Assembly (NCBI GenBank): GCA_964641645.1
Contig: CAZXMX010000001.1
Span: 1-57,665 of the forward strand
Length of the DNA stretch: 57,665 nt
Direction: 5' to 3'
Source of the DNA: an uncultured Neomegalonema sp.
GTDB taxonomy: Bacteria; Pseudomonadota; Alphaproteobacteria; Rhodobacterales; Rhodobacteraceae
In this document: positions 18,495 to 26,835 of the stretch, piece by piece
Numbering within the stretch: the stretch's first letter is position 1
Layout: every line of letters starts with the position of its first letter
The notes under the pieces: generated by a model
The model's input: the letters and a program-made list of their open reading frames with translations, nothing else
Told to the model about the DNA's origin: nothing
Database searches by the model: none
Position numbers and translations under genes: made by a program

Positions 18495-19490
18495 TCAACC
18501 GATCTGAACGACAACTTTTCCCGTCGCCTGACGGGTCTCAAGCAGGCGCAGCGCCCCGACGCCGTCGGCGAGCGGAACAATATCCGAGATCAACGGTGTA
18601 ATTTTACCGTCGACGGCCCAGTCAAACAGCCTCGACAGACTTTCTGCCATCACTTCCGGCGCTCGGTCGAAATACGCACCCCACCAAAACCCGATGGCAT
18701 CGATGTTTTTAACCAGCAAGTGATTGGCCTTCAGCGGAGGCACATCACCGGACGCGAACCCTATTGGCATGTACCGCGCCTCAAAGGCACTGGAGCGCAA
18801 CAGCGCCGATCCTAAAGCCCCTCCGACGGGATCAAAGATCACATCGGCCCCGTGACCATCTGTTAATTCGATAATGCGATCCCGCAATGCTGGCGTATCG
18901 AGATCAAAGTCATCTGGGTCCAGAACAGCCTCTGCGCCCTTATCAAGTGATGCCTGACCTTTTGCCTCTCCTCGCGCCACCGCAATTACCCGCGCCCCCA
19001 TCAGCGTACCGAGTTCGACGGCGGTTAAACCTACACCGCCCCCCGCTCCGGCAACGACTAAGACCTCACCAGCCTGCAATCTGCCCCGCCGAGCAAGGCC
19101 CAATTCCGCTGATCCGTATGCAATGGGAATGGCCGCCACGGCTTCATCGCTCAAACCGTGCGGTGCCGCGGCACAAGCATCGGCCTTAACCAATGCGTAT
19201 TCGGCTAAACCGCCAGAGCCGCAATATGCGGCAACCCGCGTGCCGCGCCATCCCGGATCAAGGCCCTCGCCAACAGCGTCAATCTGACCGCAAATCTCGC
19301 CTCCGGGCGCGAATGGAAGCGGCGGCGTTTGCTGATAAGTGCCGCGGGTCATCAGCAGATCCGCAAAGTTCAGCCCGCACGCAGAAACCTTAACACGAAC
19401 CATACCAGGCCCAGGTTCTGGGATCTCAATATCCTCCAAAGAGACCCCGTCTAAACCACTAAATTCTCGCGTGATCAGTGCTTTCATCAT
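18495..19490 (-). CDS. NADPH:quinone oxidoreductase family protein (MDR superfamily)
   Basis: MKALI...V.V.ACGLNFAD...G.Y and AGAGGVG nucleotide-binding motif are present. Confidence 0.85.
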   Translation of the reverse strand: MMKALITREFSGLDGVSLEDIEIPEPGPGMVRVKVSACGLNFADLLMTRGTYQQTPPLPFAPGGEICGQIDAVGEGLDPGWRGTRVAAYCGSGGLAEYALVKADACAAAPHGLSDEAVAAIPIAYGSAELGLARRGRLQAGEVLVVAGAGGGVGLTAVELGTLMGARVIAVARGEAKGQASLDKGAEAVLDPDDFDLDTPALRDRIIELTDGHGADVIFDPVGGALGSALLRSSAFEARYMPIGFASGDVPPLKANHLLVKNIDAIGFWWGAYFDRAPEVMAESLSRLFDWAVDGKITPLISDIVPLADGVGALRLLETRQATGKVVVQIG

Positions 19491-19593
19491 GCGTCAAAAT
19501 CTTCCCAAACATTACGAACGGGACGTTTACCCTTTTGCGGTACGATAAACCAGTTTCGCAGATGGGTGTGCCATTTGCGGCAATGGAGTTCTG

Positions 19594-20181
19594 ATGTCAG
19601 GCGCAGCATACCGCAGAGCCACTAAGAACCATGCGGTTCGGGTCGATCACACTGATGGCAGTGTGACGAACGGCTTTGTGCCTGTGCCAATGGGCATGGA
19701 TTTCGTTGGCACCATGATGCAAGCGCAGCACTTCATGCATTTCGAGACTGACAGCGGCGAATTAACGTTGATGAACGTCGCTTCCATAAAACGGATCACA
19801 AGCCTCGAAAGCGAAGAAGAAAATGCGAAAAAGGCGCAAAGTAAGGCCGATAAAGCGCGCGCTGAACGAGAAGCTGAAAATGCGCGAAAACGCGCAGAAG
19901 AAGAAGCTGCCAGAAAAGCTGCCGAGGAAGCAGATTCCCCAAGCGACGGGACAATCTACTGGACGGCAGAAGAATATGACGCGCTCGAAATCCTTGGCCT
20001 CAAAGCGAAAACGACCAAAGAAGAGATTTCAGCGGCCTACAGAAAACTCGTCAAACTCTATCACCCCGATCGCCTTCGAGGGCTTGGCGTTTCGCCGAAG
20101 AAAATCGAATTTGCAGCCGACCGTCTTGCTGAGATCAACGACGCCTATCGCCGTCTATCAAGTTCCGCAAAGGCCGCCTAA
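19594..20181 (+). CDS. J-domain protein (C-terminal DnaJ domain, charged coiled linker, unknown N-terminal domain)
   Basis: C-terminal EILGLKAKTTKEEISAAYRKLVKLYHPDR carries the HPD tripeptide. The central region is a KAEREAENARKRAEEEAARKAAEE helix. Confidence 0.75.
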   Translation: MSGAAYRRATKNHAVRVDHTDGSVTNGFVPVPMGMDFVGTMMQAQHFMHFETDSGELTLMNVASIKRITSLESEEENAKKAQSKADKARAEREAENARKRAEEEAARKAAEEADSPSDGTIYWTAEEYDALEILGLKAKTTKEEISAAYRKLVKLYHPDRLRGLGVSPKKIEFAADRLAEINDAYRRLSSSAKAA

Positions 20182-21131
20182 CCGGCCTTCGCTAAGCGTT
20201 TCAGTGCCGCAATCACTTCCGTCTGACTGACCTGATGAGCCATGTGGCCGATGCCGGGGAGCTCGGTCAATCGTACCGCAGGATTGGCTGCTTTGAACCG
20301 CCTTGCATGATCATCAATCGGGACAATTCGATCCGCTGTTCCATGAAGCAATTCGACCGGCACGCTCAAGCTCGAATATCCCTGCGAGACAACCCTCATC
20401 GCGTCATTCACATTGGTAATATCGCGGCCATTCTCTCGGAACGTAGAAGGTCGCGAAGCCAACTCCGCTCCGATGTAATCGGCATAACCGGTTGGGGGAT
20501 CTTGAGGTTGAAAGACCCAATTCACCGCTCGCTTAGCGCCACCGTTTAAAGCTCGCCGACGAACCAGTGCATTAACGGATGGACCAAAAACCGCGGTCGC
20601 TGCAGCGGCGTGATAGGCATTATCTCCAGCGGGCCAAGGATAGGTCAAACCAGAGACAATCGCCGTACCGGAAAGACTGTCAGGCGCATCAACCGCCCAA
20701 GCTGCGGCGACGGCACCGCCGTAGCTGTGGCCAAGAACGAGAGGCTGCTCAACCCCCAGTGCCGCAACAGCTTCGCGCAAAATCGCTGCCTGCGCAGATG
20801 GGGTATCAGCACGCCCCGGTCCTCGTTCTGAATATCCGTGACCCGGACGATCCACAGCTAGGGCGGTGAAGCCCTGCTCCGCTAAGGCATCGCTCAAAGC
20901 GAAGGTAAAATCACGCAAGTTCCCCGAGGCGCCGTGGATCAACACAACGGCAGGACCAGAACCACGCTTATCATAGTGGACCCGCGTCCCCGCCGCCGTC
21001 ACAAACTGACCGACCGGAGGATACTGACCTTCAACCGTCGCCGTAAACTGCGAAGCTGGCGTTGCACAACCAGACAGCAAGCCAGTCGCGCCAAGTCCGA
21101 GCAACATTTTACGCCGAGTCCATCGTGACAT
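20178..21131 (-). CDS. alpha/beta hydrolase, probable Tat-exported lipoprotein
   Basis: N-terminal RRKMLLGLGATGLLSGC has a twin-Arg motif plus a lipobox. VVLIHGASGN and the nucleophile elbow GHSYGG are present. Confidence 0.8.
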   Translation of the reverse strand: MSRWTRRKMLLGLGATGLLSGCATPASQFTATVEGQYPPVGQFVTAAGTRVHYDKRGSGPAVVLIHGASGNLRDFTFALSDALAEQGFTALAVDRPGHGYSERGPGRADTPSAQAAILREAVAALGVEQPLVLGHSYGGAVAAAWAVDAPDSLSGTAIVSGLTYPWPAGDNAYHAAAATAVFGPSVNALVRRRALNGGAKRAVNWVFQPQDPPTGYADYIGAELASRPSTFRENGRDITNVNDAMRVVSQGYSSLSVPVELLHGTADRIVPIDDHARRFKAANPAVRLTELPGIGHMAHQVSQTEVIAALKRLAKAG

Positions 21132-21381
21132 GTCATTTCCTCTCAGTTGAGAGGCTAGCTAGAGCCACGCATGACCACTTCAATGACGTTCTAAGCGCCG
21201 ACACCGTTTTGCGATCATGTTTGAAACACGCTCGCTCTAATGCCCTACAATTAGAACAAAAAATGAATATTGATTGCTTTGAAAAGGATTCGGTTTGCCA
21301 AAATTACCGGTCTGTGCCACCCCAAGGAAGAACCGTAAATTCGGTTAAAGCACAATTTTTATATGTGAATGGGGAAAAGCG

Positions 21382-22671
21382 ATGACGGATGTCAATCAAC
21401 TCGGATTTGAAACACGCATGATTCACGCAGGCGCGGCACCTGATCCGGCCACGGGCGCGCGGCAAACTCCGATCTATCAGACATCATCGTTCGTTTTCAA
21501 AGATGCGGCTCATGCCGCACGACTCTTTAGCCTACAAGAAGTCGGCTACATCTATTCTCGCCTCACGAACCCAACCGTCGCCGCTCTGCAAGATCGGTGT
21601 GCATCCCTGGAAGGCGGCGTTGGCGCTGTAGCAACGTCGTCAGGTCACGCGGCACAAATCCTTGCCCTCTTCCCCTTGATGAGCCCCGGCAAAAACATCG
21701 TCGCAGCCAAAAAGCTCTATGGCGGTTCGATCAACCAATTCTCAAATGCGTTTAAACGCTTTGGTTGGGAAGTGAAGTTCGTTGACGGTGACAACCTCGA
21801 CGAAGTTGAGGCCGCCATCGACAGCAACACGCGCGCCCTCTTCTGTGAAAGCCTCGCCAACCCCGGCGGTGTCGTCACCGATCTAGAAGGTTGGGCAAAC
21901 GCCGCGAACGACGAAGGTTTGCCGCTCATCGTCGACAACACGATGGCCACCGCCGCGCTGTGCCGCCCCATTGAATATGGTGCAACGATTGTTGTGAATT
22001 CGACCACCAAATTTCTCAGTGGTAACGGCACCTCTATTGGCGGCGTCGTCGTCGATAGCGGTACGTTCGATTGGACCAAGAGCGGCAAGTTCCCATCGCT
22101 TTCCGAACCTGCACCAGAATACAACGGCATCAAATTCCATGAAGCACTCGGTCCGATGGCTTACACCTTCTTTGGTATTGCCGTGGGCCTTCGCGATCTG
22201 GGCGCAGCGCAAACCCCGCAAAATGCGTTCTACACCTTACTCGGCATGGAAACGCTGTCGCTACGGATGCAGCGCCACTCTGAGAACGCGATGAAGGTTG
22301 CCCAACACCTCGAAGGCCATGCAGCGGTTGATTACGTCAGCTACGCCGGGCTGAGTTCTTCGCAATATAATGGCGCGGCCCAAAAGTACCTGCCAAATGG
22401 CGCAGGTGCCGTCTTCACCGTTGGTTTGAAAGGCGGCTATGACGCAGGTGTCAGCCTTGTCGATAATCTACAACTCTTCTCACACCTCGCTAACATTGGT
22501 GATGCGCGGTCGTTGATCATCCACTCGGCCTCGACCACGCATAGCCAATTGTCGGATGCAGAACGAACTGAAGCAGGAGCGGGAGCAGAGGTTGTTCGTC
22601 TTTCGATCGGACTTGAAAATGCGGAAGATCTGATTGCCGATCTCGATCAAGCGTTGGCGAAAAGCGCTTAG
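21382..22671 (+). CDS. metY: O-acetylhomoserine aminocarboxypropyltransferase (sulfhydrylase)
   Basis: 429 aa. GFETR..HAG...D..TGAR..PIYQTSSFVF, NSTTKFLSGNG (PLP-Lys) and the IGDARSLIIHSASTTH blocks are present. Confidence 0.9.
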   Translation: MTDVNQLGFETRMIHAGAAPDPATGARQTPIYQTSSFVFKDAAHAARLFSLQEVGYIYSRLTNPTVAALQDRCASLEGGVGAVATSSGHAAQILALFPLMSPGKNIVAAKKLYGGSINQFSNAFKRFGWEVKFVDGDNLDEVEAAIDSNTRALFCESLANPGGVVTDLEGWANAANDEGLPLIVDNTMATAALCRPIEYGATIVVNSTTKFLSGNGTSIGGVVVDSGTFDWTKSGKFPSLSEPAPEYNGIKFHEALGPMAYTFFGIAVGLRDLGAAQTPQNAFYTLLGMETLSLRMQRHSENAMKVAQHLEGHAAVDYVSYAGLSSSQYNGAAQKYLPNGAGAVFTVGLKGGYDAGVSLVDNLQLFSHLANIGDARSLIIHSASTTHSQLSDAERTEAGAGAEVVRLSIGLENAEDLIADLDQALAKSA

Positions 22672-22740
22672 ACCTCGCCTCATTTTCATCGGCGTTCGCC
22701 CGGCTCGACCGGGCAAACCATTCATACTGGGAATACTCCA

Positions 22741-23736
22741 TTGAAAGCACTCGTCTACACCGGCGTCGGACAACTTGAGTATCGCGACGTGCCTGACGCT
22801 GAGCCGAGCGCAAATCTGAGTCGAGTAAAAATCGAGGCCGTGGGTATCTGCGGCTCTGACATGCACGCTTATCATGGCGCAGACCCGCGCAGAATGCCGC
22901 CGCTGATCCTCGGACATGAAGCCTGCGGCATTGCAGAGACAGGGCGATACGCGGGACATCGCGTTACGGTCAATCCGATGACGACGTGTGGGCATTGCCG
23001 ATATTGCATCGAGGGACGCGATAATATCTGTCCTGATCGCAAACTGCTGTCGATCCCTCCGAGGGAGGGGGCATTCGCGGACTATCTGGTTATCCCCGAC
23101 AGCAATCTCGTGCCCGTTCCTGACGGCGTCGCTCCGGAACAAGCTGCCCTTACAGAGCCTATCGCTTGCGGGTGGCATGCAATCCGTATTGGCGCGGAGC
23201 GACTGTCTCAGCCGCTTGCCACCGCACGTGTCGTCATTATTGGCGGCGGCGCCATCGGGGTTGGATCAGCACTTTGTGCCGCTGACCAAGGCGCAAAGGA
23301 CATTTGGATCGCTGAACCAAGCGCGGACCGCCGGGCAACAGCAACCGCAGCGGGGCCTTTCAAGACCTATGACCCTCGCGAAGGCGGGCCAGAAGAATCT
23401 ACCGCCGATCTCGTTATCGACGCCTATGGCTCAGAAGCCTCTCGAGCCGACGCGTCGCGTCTGGCTGCGCCGGGTGGTGTCATCGCGCATATCGGCCTCG
23501 CTGGCGGGGATGCCGGTCTCGATACTCGGAAGATGACGCTACAAGAAATCACCTTCATCGGCACCTATACGTACACAATGGCCGACTTCCACGCGACGGC
23601 GCATGCAATTTTCGCTGGTCGGATGGGTGACTTCAATTGGATTGACCGCCGACCTCTTAGCGAAGGCGCACAAGCGTTCAAAGACTTGGATACCGCGTCG
23701 GTGGCAGCAGCAAAAGTCGTTCTCATTCCAGCTTAA
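22741..23736 (+). CDS. zinc-dependent alcohol dehydrogenase family protein (sorbitol/threonine-DH-like)
   Basis: GICGSDMHAYHG, GHE, the structural-zinc C..C..C cluster (CGHCRYCIEGRDNIC) and GGGAIG are present. TTG start. Confidence 0.85.
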   Translation: MKALVYTGVGQLEYRDVPDAEPSANLSRVKIEAVGICGSDMHAYHGADPRRMPPLILGHEACGIAETGRYAGHRVTVNPMTTCGHCRYCIEGRDNICPDRKLLSIPPREGAFADYLVIPDSNLVPVPDGVAPEQAALTEPIACGWHAIRIGAERLSQPLATARVVIIGGGAIGVGSALCAADQGAKDIWIAEPSADRRATATAAGPFKTYDPREGGPEESTADLVIDAYGSEASRADASRLAAPGGVIAHIGLAGGDAGLDTRKMTLQEITFIGTYTYTMADFHATAHAIFAGRMGDFNWIDRRPLSEGAQAFKDLDTASVAAAKVVLIPA

Positions 23737-23885
23737 TGCGTTCAAAAACAAAAAATTAGCGCTTGTTTTCACGTGTCTTTGAAATGAATTCAAAGCATAA
23801 AAACCTCGCCATGCTTCGGGTGATTTAACTATTTTCTCCCTCAATAAGGCACTCGTATTACGCCGCTACGTTGAGGGATCTGGTC

Positions 23886-24635
23886 ATGCTGGTCGCAGAG
23901 AAATTTAGCACGCCTGTCGAAATACAGCGCCGCGCCGAAAAGCGCGTCCCCTATATTGAACCTTGCTTTGCTCAGACTGACAGCCATTCCCTGTGGGTCA
24001 AATCCATCAACTTGTCCGAAGGCGGCATGTGTATCGCCGTTGATCGACTTGGCGTCCTAACGCGCGGGATTGGCGTTGCAATATTCATCCAGAACTTTCC
24101 CGCACTCGACGCCCGTGTTCAGTGGACGCGAGCAAACATCGCCGGATTAAAGTTCACATCGCCGACAGATGAAAACTCAGACTTCGTAGAACTCATCAAA
24201 CGGCTAAAAGCCGGAGAACCAGCATGGCTTCCGATATCAAAGCCAGATATCGACTCCGTGGTCGGTGAGAGCCTTCACGACCTCCTGAATCCGAGAGAAA
24301 CGACAATCCTGACGCCTGAAACGGAAATGGCGACGCAGCCGCTTGTGCAACTTCGTGCTCACGAGCGCCTCAATTTTACCGAAACCTGTTGGGTTCAAAC
24401 GGATAAACGGAAGTTCCAAGCCGAAGGAATGAACCTCTCAGAGGGTGGCATGTGTTTACGTTTGAACGGCCTTGGAACCATGCATAACGGCAAGGATGTT
24501 CAGATCATCTTCAAGGGCCACTCACCCATCGATGCAACGCTGCGATGGAGCAAAGAACGGGTGATGGGCTTTCAATTCCTAACACCGATCAAGGGTCATC
24601 CGATTTTGCGGGATCTCGTTCCAATCGAAGACTAG
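23886..24635 (+). CDS. tandem PilZ-domain protein (two complete c-di-GMP-binding motif sets)
   Basis: Domain 1 carries RRAEKR (RxxxR) followed by NLSEGG ((D/N)xSxxG). Domain 2 carries RAHER followed by NLSEGG. ATG 23886 is preceded by GAGGGA at 7-nt spacing. Confidence 0.8.
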   Translation: MLVAEKFSTPVEIQRRAEKRVPYIEPCFAQTDSHSLWVKSINLSEGGMCIAVDRLGVLTRGIGVAIFIQNFPALDARVQWTRANIAGLKFTSPTDENSDFVELIKRLKAGEPAWLPISKPDIDSVVGESLHDLLNPRETTILTPETEMATQPLVQLRAHERLNFTETCWVQTDKRKFQAEGMNLSEGGMCLRLNGLGTMHNGKDVQIIFKGHSPIDATLRWSKERVMGFQFLTPIKGHPILRDLVPIED

Positions 24636-24896
24636 CCGAACCGTTGATACACGTTAGCGTCGATCCTATCGATCAGACTCGAATTGTTTCAATCGAGCGA
24701 AGCATGCTCGAAGGTCAGAAATCCTTAGCGCATGCGAAGAAAGCACTCCGGGCGGTTTCCACGGCGTTTTTCCATCCGTAAACCGATCACATTTCCTCGC
24801 GAAAGTGTGGACCGGTAGGCAACCTGACCCGCAAGTTCTATTCTGTGAAAGACGATAGTATTGACGCTATCGGAAAGTGCGGAATAGTTACCCACG

Positions 24897-26822
24897 ATGA
24901 AAAATGTCGAACTGTGCGAACCCGACGTAGGCGTCACCTCTGCCTTAGTTCGGCCCTTGCAACGGGAACAGCGTTCCGAAGGCGGACGCGGGATCGCTGT
25001 TTGCCTCACGCTCTATAATGAGCCAGCAAACCTTCTGCAGTCTTCATTAGAAACGCTTATCGCCAGCCTTGATCAATTAGGAGATCAGAGCTCTGAATTT
25101 TCTCACGCGGTCGTTTGTGTTATCGCCGACGGCGAGACCCATCTTTCGAACTCCGCGCGGACTTACCTGGATACGTTGGGGCTCACGCCGCAAGGCCAAT
25201 CCCTTCGTGGATTCAAGGGCACGATTGACGCGCGAAAAATTCTTCCTTCCCAGTCACTGGGAACATTCGTTCGGAGTTCGTCTTCCCGAATGGAAATTTC
25301 GCTTCGGTTGGTTTCAAAAACAGATAATGCAGGCAAGCTGGATTCGCATTGGTGGTTCTATCAGGAAATTTGCCCACAGATTCAACCCGACTTCTGCTTT
25401 CAGATTGATGCAGGAACCGTCCTAGAACCGAATGCGATCGCTGAGATGTGCGCCACCTTCGATGCTGATCCCAACACCGCAGGAATCGCGAGCAATGTCA
25501 TGATCGCGCCCCCAGAAGACGGCAACCTGCTGGAACGTTTTCAATCGGGTGACTTCGCCGTTCAGAAAACTATTCGCTGGCCGTCGGAAGTCTTTAGCGG
25601 TTTTTTATCGGTCATTCCCGGACAGTTCAGCGGCTTGCGTTGGGAAGCCTTTGCAAAACCTAAAGCACTTGGTGAGCCTTCACCAAAAGATCGATATCTC
25701 CGCGGACAACACTGCGATACCGCGACTGAACGCATGATGTATCTCTCCGAAGATCGCATCATGGGCTTTGAATTAACAACGGAGACGGGGACGATCAATC
25801 GATTAAACTTCGCGCCAAAAGCGGATTGCCATACCGACACCTGCAATACGCTATCTGAATTGCTGCAACAAAGGCGCAGATGGTTAAACGGTAGCTTATT
25901 TTGCCGAAGCTGGATGATCCGAAAGATTTTTGAAATTTTCGCGGATGGTTCGCAATCAGCTACGCATCGCGCACGCTTTGCTCCGGCACTTCTGAACCTC
26001 AGCATCCAACATTTGCTCGAATGGTTCCTACCGCTTTTGAACATTCTTTTGCTCGCCGTCACGTGGAACTCACTCGTTAGCTTAGCGTGGCCCTATACAG
26101 CAGGTGTCATTTTTACGGTGATTGCGAGCATTTGGCTATTGCCAACCGGCTTAGCGCTAACCGGCACCGTTAAGCGGCTAAGCTCGCGACAAGTCGAAAT
26201 CCTCCTCCAAATCGTCAAGATGACGTTCGTCGCGATCATCGCGATCAATCTAACGAGTTTAGCGCAAAAGTCGGAGACGACGGCCTACCTGTATTACCTG
26301 TCGATGCCCTTTGCATTGACCGCCGGCGCTTTCTTAGGAGCTCTCATATCGAACCGCGCGTTGCTCAAGCACCTGAGAGCTTCCATTTTCACCTTTATCT
26401 CGCTCGCGCCATCGATGTGGTTGATGCTGTCGTCTTACGCTTTTTTCAACTTGCACGATGGCAGCTGGGGAACGAAAGGCTTGCACCAGCAGGACACCGT
26501 GGTTTCGGCCAAAGAGCGCTCCATCGCCGAACAGTTTAAACGGCTCCGGTTGGGGATCGTCTCGGCTTGGCTCATTTCAAATTCTGTGTTGGCGGCGATG
26601 CTATTGCATTCCGACAACATGGGGATCGCTCTAATCGCAGCGGCAAGTCTGCAAATCGCGATGATTGCAACTGGCCTGTTAGGAGTGATCTCAATCAAGT
26701 TGAAGCAAACGAACGATGTGCTTCCTCGACCGTGGAATCTTCTGAAAACGCTTCAGCGCCGTCTCATTCGAGGCCCAGTAAGCCAACCCCAAAATGCCTA
26801 TCGTCGCGCGCGTCGAACTTAG
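24897..26822 (+). CDS. chitin-synthase-like processive family-2 glycosyltransferase (fungal division-1 signature set, 6-7 C-terminal TM segments)
   Basis: Motifs in order: CLTLYNE (aa 36-42), VVCVIADGE (72-80), KLDSHWWFY (147-155), QIDAGT (169-174), IPGQFSGLRW (240-249), MYLSEDRIMGFEL (281-293), LLQQRRRWLNGS (322-333), several hydrophobic helices, then FFNLHDGSWGTKG (516-528). Confidence 0.8.
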   Translation: MKNVELCEPDVGVTSALVRPLQREQRSEGGRGIAVCLTLYNEPANLLQSSLETLIASLDQLGDQSSEFSHAVVCVIADGETHLSNSARTYLDTLGLTPQGQSLRGFKGTIDARKILPSQSLGTFVRSSSSRMEISLRLVSKTDNAGKLDSHWWFYQEICPQIQPDFCFQIDAGTVLEPNAIAEMCATFDADPNTAGIASNVMIAPPEDGNLLERFQSGDFAVQKTIRWPSEVFSGFLSVIPGQFSGLRWEAFAKPKALGEPSPKDRYLRGQHCDTATERMMYLSEDRIMGFELTTETGTINRLNFAPKADCHTDTCNTLSELLQQRRRWLNGSLFCRSWMIRKIFEIFADGSQSATHRARFAPALLNLSIQHLLEWFLPLLNILLLAVTWNSLVSLAWPYTAGVIFTVIASIWLLPTGLALTGTVKRLSSRQVEILLQIVKMTFVAIIAINLTSLAQKSETTAYLYYLSMPFALTAGAFLGALISNRALLKHLRASIFTFISLAPSMWLMLSSYAFFNLHDGSWGTKGLHQQDTVVSAKERSIAEQFKRLRLGIVSAWLISNSVLAAMLLHSDNMGIALIAAASLQIAMIATGLLGVISIKLKQTNDVLPRPWNLLKTLQRRLIRGPVSQPQNAYRRARRT

Positions 26823-26835
26823 CGGAAAGTCGGGG

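Noticed and set aside
22480-23178. 232-aa minus-strand ORF, and similar long antisense ORFs at 36958..37602, 13734..14255, 6630..7193, 15227..15724 and 25562..26062
   Set aside because: Each is antisense to a gene with clear family motifs. All have arginine/serine-rich, motif-free translations and no ribosome-binding sites.
24861-24890. TTGACG-N17/18-(A)TAGTT(A) promoter-like sequence just upstream of the chitin-synthase-like start
   Set aside because: The -10 match is poor, and the resulting transcript would be nearly leaderless. I cannot distinguish it from chance. Co-transcription with the PilZ gene remains equally possible.
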